NCBI GenBank assembly: GCA_044233485.1
Contig: JBIIJY010000003.1
Location: forward strand, 32,481 to 96,480
DNA length: 64,000 nucleotides
Direction: 5' to 3'
Source of the DNA: Minisyncoccia bacterium
GTDB taxonomy: Bacteria; Patescibacteriota; Minisyncoccia; Phycocordibacterales; UBA6065
The notes beneath the pieces were generated by a model. The model was given only the letters and a program-made list of their open reading frames with translations, made no database searches and was not told the origin of the DNA. Of the stretch, positions 1 through 11,476 are shown piece by piece (position 1 is the first letter of the stretch; every line of letters starts with the position of its first letter). The translations under genes and the position numbers were made by a program.

Positions 1-392
1 AGAATCCGGGGGTCAGTCTCATCGACCGATTTGCCTATGGTGAATGTGGTCGGGGACTTGCCACCAGGGAATTTTCCCAAGGTGAGCTCCACCGCTCTCC
101 AGCGCGCCTTTGAACCACCACGAGCGAGCAGAACCTCAGCCTCGACAACTGCACCACCACCTGCACCGGTAACGGTAAATGTGCACCTTCTCACCTCTTT
201 TGCCTCAGGTCGCATTATGATAACCCAATCGAAACGACCTTCGTGGCTATCTCGCCTGGAAAGCCACAATGGAGGATCATACGAACAAACTCCCGTAAGC
301 AACACAGTTGCTTTTTCGTTGCAAATTCCGATGACACCACCGACCAGATGAAGAATATACATATCTGTCCGGTGCATAATACGTCCTGCCAT
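1..392 (-). CDS. hypothetical protein, N-terminal part only (ORF runs off the left edge)
   Basis: Absent from the ORF track because it has no stop inside the window. ATG at 392-390 is preceded by AGAGAGGAAAT, and the frame stays open to position 1 (about 130 codons: MAGRIMHRTDMYILHLVGGVIGICNEKATV...GKSVDETDPRI). No family recognised. The competing plus-strand ORFs 31..351 and 243..497 look like low-complexity shadows. Confidence 0.4.
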   Translation of the reverse strand, partial: MAGRIMHRTDMYILHLVGGVIGICNEKATVLLTGVCSYDPPLWLSRRDSHEGRFDWVIIMRPEAKEVRRCTFTVTGAGGGAVVEAEVLLARGGSKARWRAVELTLGKFPGGKSPTTFTIGKSVDETDPRI

Positions 393-440
393 ATTTCCTC
401 TCTAGGTATCTCACTACTTAATGTACATGAGAGCTGCCTC

Positions 441-487
441 ATAACAGCGCCCTCCATACAATGGTTTTACATTGAGGGCGCTGTTAT
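441..487. repeat. perfect 14-bp inverted repeat (ATAACAGCGCCCTC / GAGGGCGCTGTTAT) with a 19-nt spacer
   Basis: Read directly: arms at 441-454 and 474-487. The GC-rich stem sits in AT-rich intergenic DNA, 50-95 nt upstream of the ATG at 392 (minus strand). No U-tract follows on either strand. Confidence 0.8.
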
Positions 488-539
488 GAACTTCTAAGGG
501 AAACTTAATCATATTTACTCTCTCCTTTCAAGTAAATTA

Positions 540-566
540 AAAAACTCCCTTTCGGGAGCTTTTTAA
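540..566 (-). terminator. putative intrinsic terminator downstream of eno
   Basis: Minus-strand reading is AAAAAGCUCCC-GAAA-GGGAGUUUUU followed by a U-rich tail, 10 nt after the eno stop. The GC stem is short (5 bp) with A/U extensions. Confidence 0.55.
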
Positions 567-576
567 TTTTCATTTT

Positions 577-1920
<1,344 letters not shown>

Positions 1921-1939
1921 TCACAAAAAAAATACCTTT

Positions 1940-1978
1940 GAGTCAAAAAACACCCTCTTTGGGGGTGCTTTTTGACTC
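1940..1978 (-). terminator. intrinsic terminator after the MIP channel gene (symmetric, could act in both directions)
   Basis: GAGTCAAAAAACACCC-loop-GGGTGCTTTTTGACTC: a GC core (CACCC/GGGTG) flanked by complementary A6/T5 tracts, 17 nt downstream of the stop at 1995. Confidence 0.7.
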
Positions 1979-1994
1979 ATCATTTAAGAGCAAT

Positions 1995-2738
1995 TTAGAT
2001 ACTAATTTTCTCCTGACCTGACTCTTCAACCGCGAGAAGTCGATAGAGATTTGCGCCGATAACCGCACCGATGATCGGACCAACGATATACGCGAGTGAA
2101 AGTGATCCTGGAAAACCGAGTCCGAGTGCTACTGCGGGATTGAGTAGTCCTCGTGTTGCTAGTGTAGCAGCATCAAATGAACCAAGAAGGACAGCTACAA
2201 GTGAACCCAAGAAGAGCGAGACCGCTACCACTGCACCTTTGACTTGCTCTGAGACTTTACCAAACATGACCGCACTAACACCGAACGCAAATATAGCTGT
2301 TCCTGCAGTCTCGGCGAGAAGTTTAATAAACTCTCGACTTCCTACAAAAACCGCACCTTTAAAAAGACCAAGTCCACTGACCGCCCCTGTAAGCTGATTT
2401 GCCTGTGGCACATCGAACAATGGATGGTAACTTGCGATTACCTTTACCGCTACAAATGCGACGATTCCTCCGAGAATCTGAGCGATGATATAGAAACCAG
2501 CATCCTTAGCTGAGATCTTCTTTAGAGTCAGAGCCGCAATAGTGATCGCTGGGTTTACATGAGCACCTGAAACATGACCAACAGTATAGACAATAAAGCC
2601 GAGTACAAGCGCCACGACTCCAGTGGCGAGAAGCGCTCCACCCTGATTAATGACCGCTCCATAGGCAGAAACTAGAATGACTACCGCCGTAAGTAACGCT
2701 GCACCCAAGAACTCGACAATATATTTTGAATACTTCAT
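1995..2738 (-). CDS. MIP-family channel (aquaporin / glycerol facilitator)
   Basis: 247 aa and polytopic. Both NPA boxes are present (HVNPAITIA and LLNPAVALG). Confidence 0.9.
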   Translation of the reverse strand: MKYSKYIVEFLGAALLTAVVILVSAYGAVINQGGALLATGVVALVLGFIVYTVGHVSGAHVNPAITIAALTLKKISAKDAGFYIIAQILGGIVAFVAVKVIASYHPLFDVPQANQLTGAVSGLGLFKGAVFVGSREFIKLLAETAGTAIFAFGVSAVMFGKVSEQVKGAVVAVSLFLGSLVAVLLGSFDAATLATRGLLNPAVALGLGFPGSLSLAYIVGPIIGAVIGANLYRLLAVEESGQEKISI

Positions 2739-2826
2739 TTTTTTAAATTTATATCTCTATTGTACCCCACGCCTCGCTTAATTGTGAATCTAGACTCTTG
2801 GTAAAAGCGGGTTACAATTACCGCAT

Positions 2827-4359
2827 ATGAAACAAACACCTATTTCACCTGTAGTTCTCGTCATTCTTGACGGATGGGGACATCGAGATGACGCCACTCA
2901 CAACGCCATTAAACAGTCAAAAACCCCAGTATTTGACTCACTGTGGCAGAAGTATCCGCACACGCTGTTAAAAGCCTCTGGTCTCGCAGTCGGACTTCCT
3001 GAAGGACAAATGGGAAATAGTGAGATCGGGCATACTACAATCGGCGCCGGCGCAGTCCTCGACACAGATCTTGTGCGTATTAAAAAGTCTATTGATAGTG
3101 GTGAATTTTATATAAACCCCGCTCTTGTAGCTGTGTTTGACCATGTTAAGAAATACAACTCCACTCTCCACGTTCAAGGTCTGGTCGGCACCGGTGGAGT
3201 TCACGCACACAGCGACCACCTGATCGCCATTCTTGAAGCCGCAAAACGAAATGGGGTTGCCAAAGTAGCCCTCCACCTCTTCACGGACGGACGAGATACG
3301 GCACCACAGAGTGCGGGTGCATTCTTGAAAGAAATTGAGTCAGCGATCGAGCGCATCGGTGTAGGCTTTATCGCATCAATGTCTGGACGATACTTTGCCA
3401 TGGACCGTGATCGTAACTACGATCGCATCGCCAAAACAGAAGAAGCTCTCTTTGAGTGCAAAGGCAATGTCTGTACCATCTCTCCCAGTGCTTTTGTCGA
3501 AAACCTCTATAAAGAAGGCAAGATAGATGAACTCCTTGAGCCCATGGTGTGTGCAAATCCATTTGGCACTGGTTGCAAGATCGAAAAAAATGACGCTGTA
3601 TTCTTCTTTAATTTCCGAGCCGACCGGGCGCGCCAGCTCTCAGAGAAAATTCTTGAGAAGACTGGGCCGATGAATCTTGGTTTTGGTACGTTGACTGAGT
3701 ACTGTAAAGATTATGTATGCCATGTCGCCTTTCCGCCACTTGAAATCAAGGCCACTCTGGCAAAACAAATTTCTGAAGCCGGACTCACCCAGGCACATAT
3801 CGCCGAGACAGAGAAATTTCCTCATGCCACCTACTTCTTGAATGGCGGTGTCGAGAAACCTTACCCAGGTGAAAAGCATATTCTCCTCCATTCACATAAA
3901 GGCGCGCATCAGGAAGAGATTTTTACGCATGATATGAAGCCTGAGATGCAGGCAGTGGAGATAGCGGAGAAAGCGGTCGAGGAGGTTAACGCTGGAGCGA
4001 ACTTTATCTTCATCAATATCGCGAACGCAGATATGGTTGGCCATACGGCAAATGTCCCAGCGATTATCACCTCAGTCGAAACTGCCGACCGAGCTCTCGG
4101 GATGATCACTGACGCAGTGCGAGCACGTGGAGGTATTTGTATCATTACCGCTGACCACGGTAATGCAGAAGTAAACATAGACCCAGAGACCGGAAAGAAG
4201 CACACCTCGCACACCACAAACCCAGTCCCTGCAATCGTAACTCGCGAAGGAATCACACTGAAGGAAAATAAAGGACTTGCGGATATTGCACCAACCGTAC
4301 TTACACTTCTCGGTGTTACTCAACCAAAGGAAATGACCGGTGAGTCAATCATCAATTAA
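2827..4359 (+). CDS. gpmI: 2,3-bisphosphoglycerate-independent phosphoglycerate mutase
   Basis: 510 aa. Contains VVLVILDGWGHRDD, MGNSEIGHTTIGAG and ITADHGNAE, the motifs of iPGM. Confidence 0.96.
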   Translation: MKQTPISPVVLVILDGWGHRDDATHNAIKQSKTPVFDSLWQKYPHTLLKASGLAVGLPEGQMGNSEIGHTTIGAGAVLDTDLVRIKKSIDSGEFYINPALVAVFDHVKKYNSTLHVQGLVGTGGVHAHSDHLIAILEAAKRNGVAKVALHLFTDGRDTAPQSAGAFLKEIESAIERIGVGFIASMSGRYFAMDRDRNYDRIAKTEEALFECKGNVCTISPSAFVENLYKEGKIDELLEPMVCANPFGTGCKIEKNDAVFFFNFRADRARQLSEKILEKTGPMNLGFGTLTEYCKDYVCHVAFPPLEIKATLAKQISEAGLTQAHIAETEKFPHATYFLNGGVEKPYPGEKHILLHSHKGAHQEEIFTHDMKPEMQAVEIAEKAVEEVNAGANFIFINIANADMVGHTANVPAIITSVETADRALGMITDAVRARGGICIITADHGNAEVNIDPETGKKHTSHTTNPVPAIVTREGITLKENKGLADIAPTVLTLLGVTQPKEMTGESIIN

Positions 4360-4661
4360 CTCTCAAGAAGGACGATACGTTTTTCAAAACCACCGCGATC
4401 CACAACTCGCTTCTTCCGGACGAGCTCAACTTCTTCATGGGTATAACCAAAGGCTTTGATTAAAGTCTGCATCACCTCGAGCACATCAGCGCATTCGGTT
4501 ATTGTCTGGTCGGCAATCAGCTCTTCGACTTCTTCACGAAGTTTTGCACAAATAAGCCCCCTAAGCTCACTCTCACTTGCTATGCGAGTTAAAGCTTTTT
4601 CGCCTTTTGCAGCGATAATCTCTGGTATCTTGTCACGAACGAGCTTGTTGTAGATAGTCAT
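4356..4661 (-). CDS. MazG-like nucleoside triphosphate pyrophosphohydrolase (small, about 100 aa type)
   Basis: 101 aa. The YNKLVRDKIPEII start and the acidic helix EEVEEL...ECADVLEV are typical of the short MazG/PRA-PH-like family. Its stop overlaps the gpmI stop in a convergent TTAA. Confidence 0.7.
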   Translation of the reverse strand: MTIYNKLVRDKIPEIIAAKGEKALTRIASESELRGLICAKLREEVEELIADQTITECADVLEVMQTLIKAFGYTHEEVELVRKKRVVDRGGFEKRIVLLES

Positions 4662-4692
4662 ATCCTATCAGTATACCAAGTCTCTAGTGAGA

Positions 4693-7140
4693 CTAGGCTC
4701 CGTGACACTTCTTGTATTTTTTGCCACTTCCGCATGAACACGGATCATTACGACCAGGAGTGCGAGCGCCTCCCGTGACTCCTCCACTGCCGGCGGTAAT
4801 TTTTTCTGCCTGCTTCTGTGTTTCAGACTGCATCTGCACCACACGTCCTTCAACACGGAGAATCATCTCTACGATCTGACCTTCGATCGACTGAGTCAGT
4901 TGCTTAAATAGCTGCAAGCCTTCTTTTTTAAACTCCACAAGAGGATCTCGCTGTCCAAAGGCGCGAAGATTGACTGAGTTGCGCAAATGATCCATTGACT
5001 CGAGATGCTCCACCCAATACATATCGATTGTCTGAAGCATGATAACTCGAAGCGCTTCTGTGAATACACCGAGACCGAGCTCGGTGCGCTTTGTGGCAAC
5101 TTTTTCTTTGAACTCTGGAGCGAGCTTGTCTTCTATTTGTTTAAAACGAGCGAGGATAGCTTCATCAGTTCCACAGAGAAGAGTCTTTCGCCAAGAATAA
5201 ATCGCCTCACGCTGAGTATTCATCACGTCATCAAACTCAAGCACCCATTTTCGTGAATCGAAATGGAAACCTTCTATTTTTTTCTGTGCCGATTCGAGTG
5301 TTCGGGTGATTAGTTTATTCTCAATTGGCTGATCCTCAGCAATACCGAAACGCCCCATCATCGTTTTCAGTGAATCTTTAGCAAAGATACGCATCAAGTC
5401 ATCTTCAAGTGACACGAAGAACTGTGTCTCGCCAGGGTCACCTTGTCGGCCCGAACGCCCACGAAGCTGATTATCAATACGTCGCGCTTCATGACGCTCA
5501 GTACCAATCACAAAGAGACCACCAATTTTTTTAATCTCTTCCGTTGTCTCCGGCGTTGTTGGTGTGCCACCAAGTTTAATATCAACGCCTCGACCTGCCA
5601 TGTTTGTTGCAATCGTCACCCCACCCTTCTTACCCGCTTGCGCTACAATCTCACCTTCGCGTTCGTGATTTTTTGCATTAAGAACCTGATGTGGAATACC
5701 TTCTCGGGTCAAATATGCTGAGAGTAGTTCGTTTTTCTCAATCGAGACTGTACCGATCAGTACCGGTTGTCCTTTCGCGTGTAGTTCTTTTACTCGAGCA
5801 GCTAGAGCCTGGAATTTACCTTTTTCTGTTTGGAAAATGAGGTCGTTGTGATCAACTCGAGCGATTGAACGATGTGTTGGAATCTGAACTACATGTAATC
5901 CGTACACTTTGAAAAATTCTTCCGAAGATGTCTCGGCAGTTCCCGTCATTCCTGACAATTTTTCATATTGTCGGAAATAATTTTGATAAGTGATCGTAGC
6001 GTACGTACGAGATTCTTTCTGCACCGCCACACCTTCTTTAGCCTCCACCGCCTGATGTAAACCTTCTGACCAACGACGACCCGGTTGAAGTCGACCAGTG
6101 AACTCGTCGACAATAACCACCTCACCGTCTTTTACCACATACTGTTTATCACGCACGTACAAAGCTTCAGCCTTAACCGCTGTCTCAAGGTGATGGACAT
6201 ACCGCACACCTTTATCGGTATATAAGTCACCTACACCAAGCATTTTTTCTGCTTTTGTAATACCAGCATCAGTCATGGCTATCGAGTGGAATTTCTCATC
6301 GACAGTAAAATCAGTATCACGGACAAGACCTTTAGCGATTCGGGCAAACGTACGATAGAGCTCATCTGAATCCTGTGTAGGAGCAGAGATGATGAGTGGG
6401 GTTCGCGCCTCATCGATAAGGATCGAGTCCATCTCATCAACAATTGCAAAATACGGATCACGCTGACGGAGATTCTCTTTTTTATATTCCAAATTGTCGC
6501 GCAAATAATCAAAACCAAACTCACTGTTGGTACCATAGGTAATATCCGCTTCATAAGCCTCTCGTCGTGTACAAGGGCGCAAAAACTCATAACGCACCTT
6601 AAAGGAACCAGACTCATCACGAAGAGCATCTACCTCGGTGTGTGTAGGATCGTATTTAAATGATGATTCATGATTGATGACCGCACTCGAGAGACCAAGA
6701 TACTCGTAGATTTGCCCCATCCAAACCGCATCACGGCGAGCGAGATAGTCATTAACCGTAACAATGTGCACCCCCTTACCCATAAGAGCATTCGCAAACG
6801 CGGGAAGTGTTGCCACGAGGGTCTTACCCTCACCTGTTCTCATCTCGGCAATGCCTTTTTTGTGCATCACATACCCGCCAACAAGTTGTACATCGAAATG
6901 TCGCTGATTAAGTGTCCGCTTTGAAGCTTCGCGCACTAGGGCAAATGCAAGTGCAAGGCTAACTTCACTCATCCCTTTCGAGCGGACGAGCTCTTTAAGC
7001 TCAAGCGTTTTTGCCTGAAGCACCTCTCGTGTGAGACCAGCAAGTTCCGCTTCGAGTTTATTGACCTCAAGAGCAAAGCGTTCCCCCGCTTTCAACATAC
7101 GCTTTGACTCACCACCAAACAATGTTGTAAGAAACTTCAT
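4693..7140 (-). CDS. secA: preprotein translocase ATPase SecA
   Basis: 815 aa. Contains the MRTGEGKTL Walker A and the DEMDSILIDEARTPLIIS DEAD-like box, plus the C-terminal zinc finger CSCGSGKKYKKCHG. Confidence 0.97.
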   Translation of the reverse strand: MKFLTTLFGGESKRMLKAGERFALEVNKLEAELAGLTREVLQAKTLELKELVRSKGMSEVSLALAFALVREASKRTLNQRHFDVQLVGGYVMHKKGIAEMRTGEGKTLVATLPAFANALMGKGVHIVTVNDYLARRDAVWMGQIYEYLGLSSAVINHESSFKYDPTHTEVDALRDESGSFKVRYEFLRPCTRREAYEADITYGTNSEFGFDYLRDNLEYKKENLRQRDPYFAIVDEMDSILIDEARTPLIISAPTQDSDELYRTFARIAKGLVRDTDFTVDEKFHSIAMTDAGITKAEKMLGVGDLYTDKGVRYVHHLETAVKAEALYVRDKQYVVKDGEVVIVDEFTGRLQPGRRWSEGLHQAVEAKEGVAVQKESRTYATITYQNYFRQYEKLSGMTGTAETSSEEFFKVYGLHVVQIPTHRSIARVDHNDLIFQTEKGKFQALAARVKELHAKGQPVLIGTVSIEKNELLSAYLTREGIPHQVLNAKNHEREGEIVAQAGKKGGVTIATNMAGRGVDIKLGGTPTTPETTEEIKKIGGLFVIGTERHEARRIDNQLRGRSGRQGDPGETQFFVSLEDDLMRIFAKDSLKTMMGRFGIAEDQPIENKLITRTLESAQKKIEGFHFDSRKWVLEFDDVMNTQREAIYSWRKTLLCGTDEAILARFKQIEDKLAPEFKEKVATKRTELGLGVFTEALRVIMLQTIDMYWVEHLESMDHLRNSVNLRAFGQRDPLVEFKKEGLQLFKQLTQSIEGQIVEMILRVEGRVVQMQSETQKQAEKITAGSGGVTGGARTPGRNDPCSCGSGKKYKKCHGA

Positions 7141-7205
7141 AGTTTACTATTCTATCATTTCCAGCACTAAACTAAAACCAAACTCTATTGCTTAATTTTT
7201 TCAAA

Positions 7206-8222
7206 TTATCGGTATTTCTCTACTTCTGGTAACAGAGTGATTCCCGTCTTTGCATACACACACTCTTTGACATACTGCTCGAGCTTTTTAATTTCCTGAG
7301 CCGAAGACAATGGCTTCAGAGTGAGCACTAACGGCTGCTTCTCGTAGAGGCCAGCATTGCCTTGTATGTATCCTTTTAGCCCACAGACGACATCAAGAAT
7401 CCATGCGCAGGAGACTTTTACCAAGCCCTCTCGATATGGGTAGACTGGCATACCCGGATAGAGCATAGTAAGTCTCTTGGCTTCTTCCTGAGTAAGGATA
7501 GGGTTTTTGAAATATGAACCTGCAGTTCCGACTTCTTGCAAGTCTGGGAACTTTGCACGTCGAATCTCACCTATCACCTCGCGAACAGTTTCCGGAGTCG
7601 GCTTGGATCCTCCAGAAAAGCGTTTGGCCACGTCTGCATACGAGATGCACACTGAAGGGTTTTTCATGAGCTTGAAGTACACATATGTAATGCACCATGT
7701 CCTGCCCTCGACAGATTTAAAGTAGCTATCTCGATAGTCGAACTTACACTGAGTATGTGTGAATCTAGCCTTAGTAGCACTATACAGTTGCACTGCTTCA
7801 ACTGAGTCTATGTACACCCCGACCTCAATCCCGTATGCCCCGATATTTTGAATCGGAGACGCCCCGACAGTGCCCGGAATGAATGAGAGATTCTCAAGTC
7901 CATACCAACGATTCTTAAGCGCATAAGCAACAAACTCATCCCAATCTTCTCCCGCACCGACCCGGACAAGGACAGAGCTCTCTGTCTCTTCTTCAACACT
8001 AATACCTCGTATTTCATTTTTAATCACACAACCCTGGTAAGAATCATTTACAAACAGAGTATTTGAACCTCCCCCGAGAACCATCCGAGGAGTACCTTTT
8101 GGAAGAGATTCTATCACCGCCAGAAGTGCCTCAGGTGAATCAACAGAATACAGGAACTCGAGAGTTCCTGTATTCTTAAATGTAGTGACGTTGGCTATTG
8201 GAACACCCCGCTCACACTTCAT
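7206..8222 (-). CDS. murB: UDP-N-acetylenolpyruvoylglucosamine reductase
   Basis: 338 aa. FAD-binding PCMH-type N-terminus (TFKNTG...VLGGGSNTLF) and a MurB C-terminal domain pattern (GSYFKNP...AWILD). Confidence 0.9.
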   Translation of the reverse strand: MKCERGVPIANVTTFKNTGTLEFLYSVDSPEALLAVIESLPKGTPRMVLGGGSNTLFVNDSYQGCVIKNEIRGISVEEETESSVLVRVGAGEDWDEFVAYALKNRWYGLENLSFIPGTVGASPIQNIGAYGIEVGVYIDSVEAVQLYSATKARFTHTQCKFDYRDSYFKSVEGRTWCITYVYFKLMKNPSVCISYADVAKRFSGGSKPTPETVREVIGEIRRAKFPDLQEVGTAGSYFKNPILTQEEAKRLTMLYPGMPVYPYREGLVKVSCAWILDVVCGLKGYIQGNAGLYEKQPLVLTLKPLSSAQEIKKLEQYVKECVYAKTGITLLPEVEKYR

Positions 8223-8225
8223 TAT

Positions 8226-10169
8226 TTATTTCTTAGGAGTCGTACTAGCTCGCGCCTGTATCTCTTCAAGATTCTTCTTGAACTGTTCAATATTTGGAGC
8301 GAGTTCGTAGGCTTGTTTTGCTGCCGCAACTGCCTGCTTCATGTCACCTATCCCCTCGAATGCCTGCGAAAGGAGCATCAGCATGAGCGGTTTTCGAGGC
8401 TGAAGTTCATTTGCCTCCAACATGAGTTTCAAACCGGCTTCCGGTTTGCCGACATTCATATAGTACATTCCGGCAAAGAGGTGGTAGCGACCATCGGCTC
8501 CGTTTCGTTCAATAATCAGCGGGATCTGTGTTTCCGTGATCGTCATAAAGCTCTGAGCGATAGAACTTGTCGGACCAAAGACTTGCACGACATTCCCCAC
8601 TCGAGTTGAAATCTGTTCAAATGCCTCTGAACTACCGAAAGTGTTCGCGTCGAAGACCGCCTGCCAATCTTTAATTGCTTCACTATACATAACCGGCACA
8701 TATTTGAGACACTGTTCACGATATGCTTGTTGTGCGCACTCTTGTGGGATTGTCATTTTGTTGAGCGCAGTAATAATCTGCGCACTAGCAGTTGCTGGTT
8801 TTATTACCGTAAACCAAAGCGAGACACACAGAAGTACTACCACCGGCACCGCCGCAAGCACTGCCAAATCTGAATCAAACTCACCACTCTCCTGTCTTGC
8901 CTCTGACTTGAATGAGACATAGCCAAGCAGAATGAAGAAGAGCATGTAACTTGTGATGTTATCGAAGACGGCAAGGTTATGTACCGCGTAAGTAACGAAG
9001 AGCGCGAGGATAACTCCCTTCTCTGCCACCGTCCATGCTGGTGTGCGCCAAATGAGCACAAACGCTGATCCGTATATCGCGAGATACAAAAGCAGTGCGC
9101 CAATACCACCAAAAACGAGCCAGTCGAGATAAATATTATGGGTTCGATCAAAGTATGGCTCATGACTTGCCATTCGAGGATCGAAATACTTATTAAAGGC
9201 GTAAATGAAGTTCTCCTGACCCCAGCCGAGTATTGGACGCTCGGTCCAAGCCTTATACGCCATCGGCCACACATAGGCACGAGCCTGAGTCGAAGTGTCG
9301 AAGAAGTTTACAAGATTGGCATAACGACCAAGGATCGGATGATTACGCACCATTGGAACATCTTTCACAAGCCAGAGGGTTCCTGCCAAAAAGATACTCG
9401 TTGTGATGATTGCCACCGCAACTTTACGTAAGACAGGGTGATCGACGGCTTTCCAAATATAGAAGAACGCCGCACTAAGCGCTCCCACAACAAGCGCTAT
9501 CAATGTTCCTCGAGTACCGGTGTAAAAGAGTGCAATGAGGTTGAGCAAAATGACTCCGGCATACGTAACTCGCCAAGCCACATTTGGATAATCCTTAATA
9601 AAAAGATAGGCGGCAATCAATACATGCATCGCCGAATAAATCGCAAGGTAAATAGAGTTTCCAAATGTCGCGTCAACACGAGTGCCACTTTGATGAATCT
9701 GCGCGAGCCCCAAGACCTGGGTGATCGCATAGATACTTGTAATCACACTGACAAACACTGATGTACGGAAAAACCATTTCCAGAGTGGTGCTTCTTTGAA
9801 CACTGACGAGACAACAAAGAAAAGGGCCGTGACATGGAGAATTGTTACGTAACCATCCATACGCTCAAAGTTTGACCAAAAACTCCGGTATGGATTCTCA
9901 CCAAAAAGGTTCGCAATTCCCAAGATACAGGCAAACCCCAAGACTGACCACGTGAGCATTGTAAACTTTGGTCGAAACTCCTTTGTACTTATAGCGAGAA
10001 TTGCCCACGCCGCGAAAGCCACCTCAACTAGTGTTCTAAATAAAAAGTTTTTCCCAGTGATGAAAGGGAAAAACTGTGAGTCAAAACGCACGAGCGGTAC
10101 AAGAGCAAGCAAATATACCGAGGCGAGGATAATCCAAATCAGTGTTTTTTTGAGATTCATACTCATCAC
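8226..10169 (-). CDS. O-antigen ligase/polymerase-like (Wzy_C) membrane protein with C-terminal TPR region
   Basis: 647 aa with about 12 predicted TM segments. Contains a YTGTRGTLIAL loop typical of the Wzy_C/O-antigen ligase family. The periplasmic C-terminus has TPR-like repeats (NVGKPEAGLKLMLEANELQP..., GDMKQAVAAAKQAYELAPN). Confidence 0.7.
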   Translation of the reverse strand: MMSMNLKKTLIWIILASVYLLALVPLVRFDSQFFPFITGKNFLFRTLVEVAFAAWAILAISTKEFRPKFTMLTWSVLGFACILGIANLFGENPYRSFWSNFERMDGYVTILHVTALFFVVSSVFKEAPLWKWFFRTSVFVSVITSIYAITQVLGLAQIHQSGTRVDATFGNSIYLAIYSAMHVLIAAYLFIKDYPNVAWRVTYAGVILLNLIALFYTGTRGTLIALVVGALSAAFFYIWKAVDHPVLRKVAVAIITTSIFLAGTLWLVKDVPMVRNHPILGRYANLVNFFDTSTQARAYVWPMAYKAWTERPILGWGQENFIYAFNKYFDPRMASHEPYFDRTHNIYLDWLVFGGIGALLLYLAIYGSAFVLIWRTPAWTVAEKGVILALFVTYAVHNLAVFDNITSYMLFFILLGYVSFKSEARQESGEFDSDLAVLAAVPVVVLLCVSLWFTVIKPATASAQIITALNKMTIPQECAQQAYREQCLKYVPVMYSEAIKDWQAVFDANTFGSSEAFEQISTRVGNVVQVFGPTSSIAQSFMTITETQIPLIIERNGADGRYHLFAGMYYMNVGKPEAGLKLMLEANELQPRKPLMLMLLSQAFEGIGDMKQAVAAAKQAYELAPNIEQFKKNLEEIQARASTTPKK

Positions 10170-10234
10170 TATAGCACTTTTTTGCCTCAGACTCGATTTT
10201 GAAATATGCGTATTTTGTGGTACTTTTTAATCAC

Positions 10235-11476
10235 ATGAAGCAGCATATTGTCACTGCCCTCCGCTGGTCTGAAAAGTACACACGAACTGATATGGTCTAC
10301 CTTGCGCACGGCAATTTTTGGCTCGTTGCAAACCGTTTTCTGGCTGCTCTTGGCGGCGTAGCTTTCACCTACCTTTTTGCAAACCTTCTCACCCCAGAAG
10401 AGTTTGGTCGGTACAAGTATATAATTTCACTTGCTGGGTTTTTTGGCGCCCTCTCGCTTTCCGGTATCGGTGGCGGGATTACTCTAGCTGTCACTCAAGG
10501 CAAGCAAAACATTGTCCCAAAACTTGTCCGTATCGCTGGATACTATAGTCTTCCAGCTAGTATCGGCGCCCTCCTTGGTTCAATATATTACTTCACTCGA
10601 GCGAACACAGAACTCGGAAGTGGCCTCCTTCTTATTGCCCTCACAAATTCATTCGCGAGTTTTGGTTTTTATAAAAATATTCTTCTTGGTAAAAAAGACT
10701 TCAAGCTCGCATCACTACTTAACATCCCACGGACTTACATTCCCCTTGCCATCCTGATCACCACCCTCCTTCTAACTAAAAACGTCCTTCTGCTTCTTGT
10801 TGTTTATTTTCTTTCAAACTTTATCTTGAGCTATCTCGTCTATCGAAACACCATTTCTCGATACCAGATCGTAGATAATCCTGAAGGATCGGAATTTTAT
10901 ACTTCTTATGGTAAACACATGAGTATTATCGGTGGCGTTTCGCAACTCATTGGTAGTCTTGACCAAATCATCCTGTGGCATTTTGCTGGACCTCTCCAGC
11001 TAGCAACCTACGCCTTCGCCCTTGCCCCAATCCGTGAGATTCGCAACTTTTCAGATAATATCTTCCCTGTCATTCTCCCCAAGTATGCGGAAAAGACGGT
11101 TGCTGAGATGAAACGAAGTGCTCGTCTGCGCATCACCCAACTCACGCTCGCTTCTGCGGTAGTCGCTTTTGCTTACATCGCCGCTGCACCGTTCTTATTT
11201 AAAATATTCTTTCCACAATATCTCAATGCTGTCTTTATGAGTCAGCTCTTGGCAGCAACCCTTGTACTGCAAGGGCGAAATATTGTTGAGACTATGCTCT
11301 ATGCACAAGGAGATACACAGGTGCGCTACAAGACTACTCTCATTCCACAGTTTCTAAAACTCATCCTTTGGCTCATCCTGATCCCTGCCTACGGACTACT
11401 TGGTGCTATTATCTCACTTGTCATTACTGACATCGTTTCTACTATCGCTCTTTGGTGGGGATACAAGAGACTCTAG
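10235..11476 (+). CDS. polysaccharide/oligosaccharide flippase (MOP superfamily, Wzx-like)
   Basis: Polytopic protein of about 413 aa from the first ATG; the track ORF starts at TTG 10199. The pattern LAHGNFWLVANRFLAALGGV..LLTPEEFGRY is typical of polysaccharide biosynthesis (PST) flippases. Confidence 0.75.
   Translation: MKQHIVTALRWSEKYTRTDMVYLAHGNFWLVANRFLAALGGVAFTYLFANLLTPEEFGRYKYIISLAGFFGALSLSGIGGGITLAVTQGKQNIVPKLVRIAGYYSLPASIGALLGSIYYFTRANTELGSGLLLIALTNSFASFGFYKNILLGKKDFKLASLLNIPRTYIPLAILITTLLLTKNVLLLLVVYFLSNFILSYLVYRNTISRYQIVDNPEGSEFYTSYGKHMSIIGGVSQLIGSLDQIILWHFAGPLQLATYAFALAPIREIRNFSDNIFPVILPKYAEKTVAEMKRSARLRITQLTLASAVVAFAYIAAAPFLFKIFFPQYLNAVFMSQLLAATLVLQGRNIVETMLYAQGDTQVRYKTTLIPQFLKLILWLILIPAYGLLGAIISLVITDIVSTIALWWGYKRL

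Noticed and set aside
31-497. Plus-strand ORFs 31..351 and 243..497 and minus-strand ORF 215..457 from the track.
   Set aside because: They overlap the longer minus-strand frame that starts at ATG 392 and stays open to the window edge. The 31..351 product is Pro/Ala/Ser/Thr low complexity. None has a recognisable family, so I kept only the edge-truncated frame, at low confidence.
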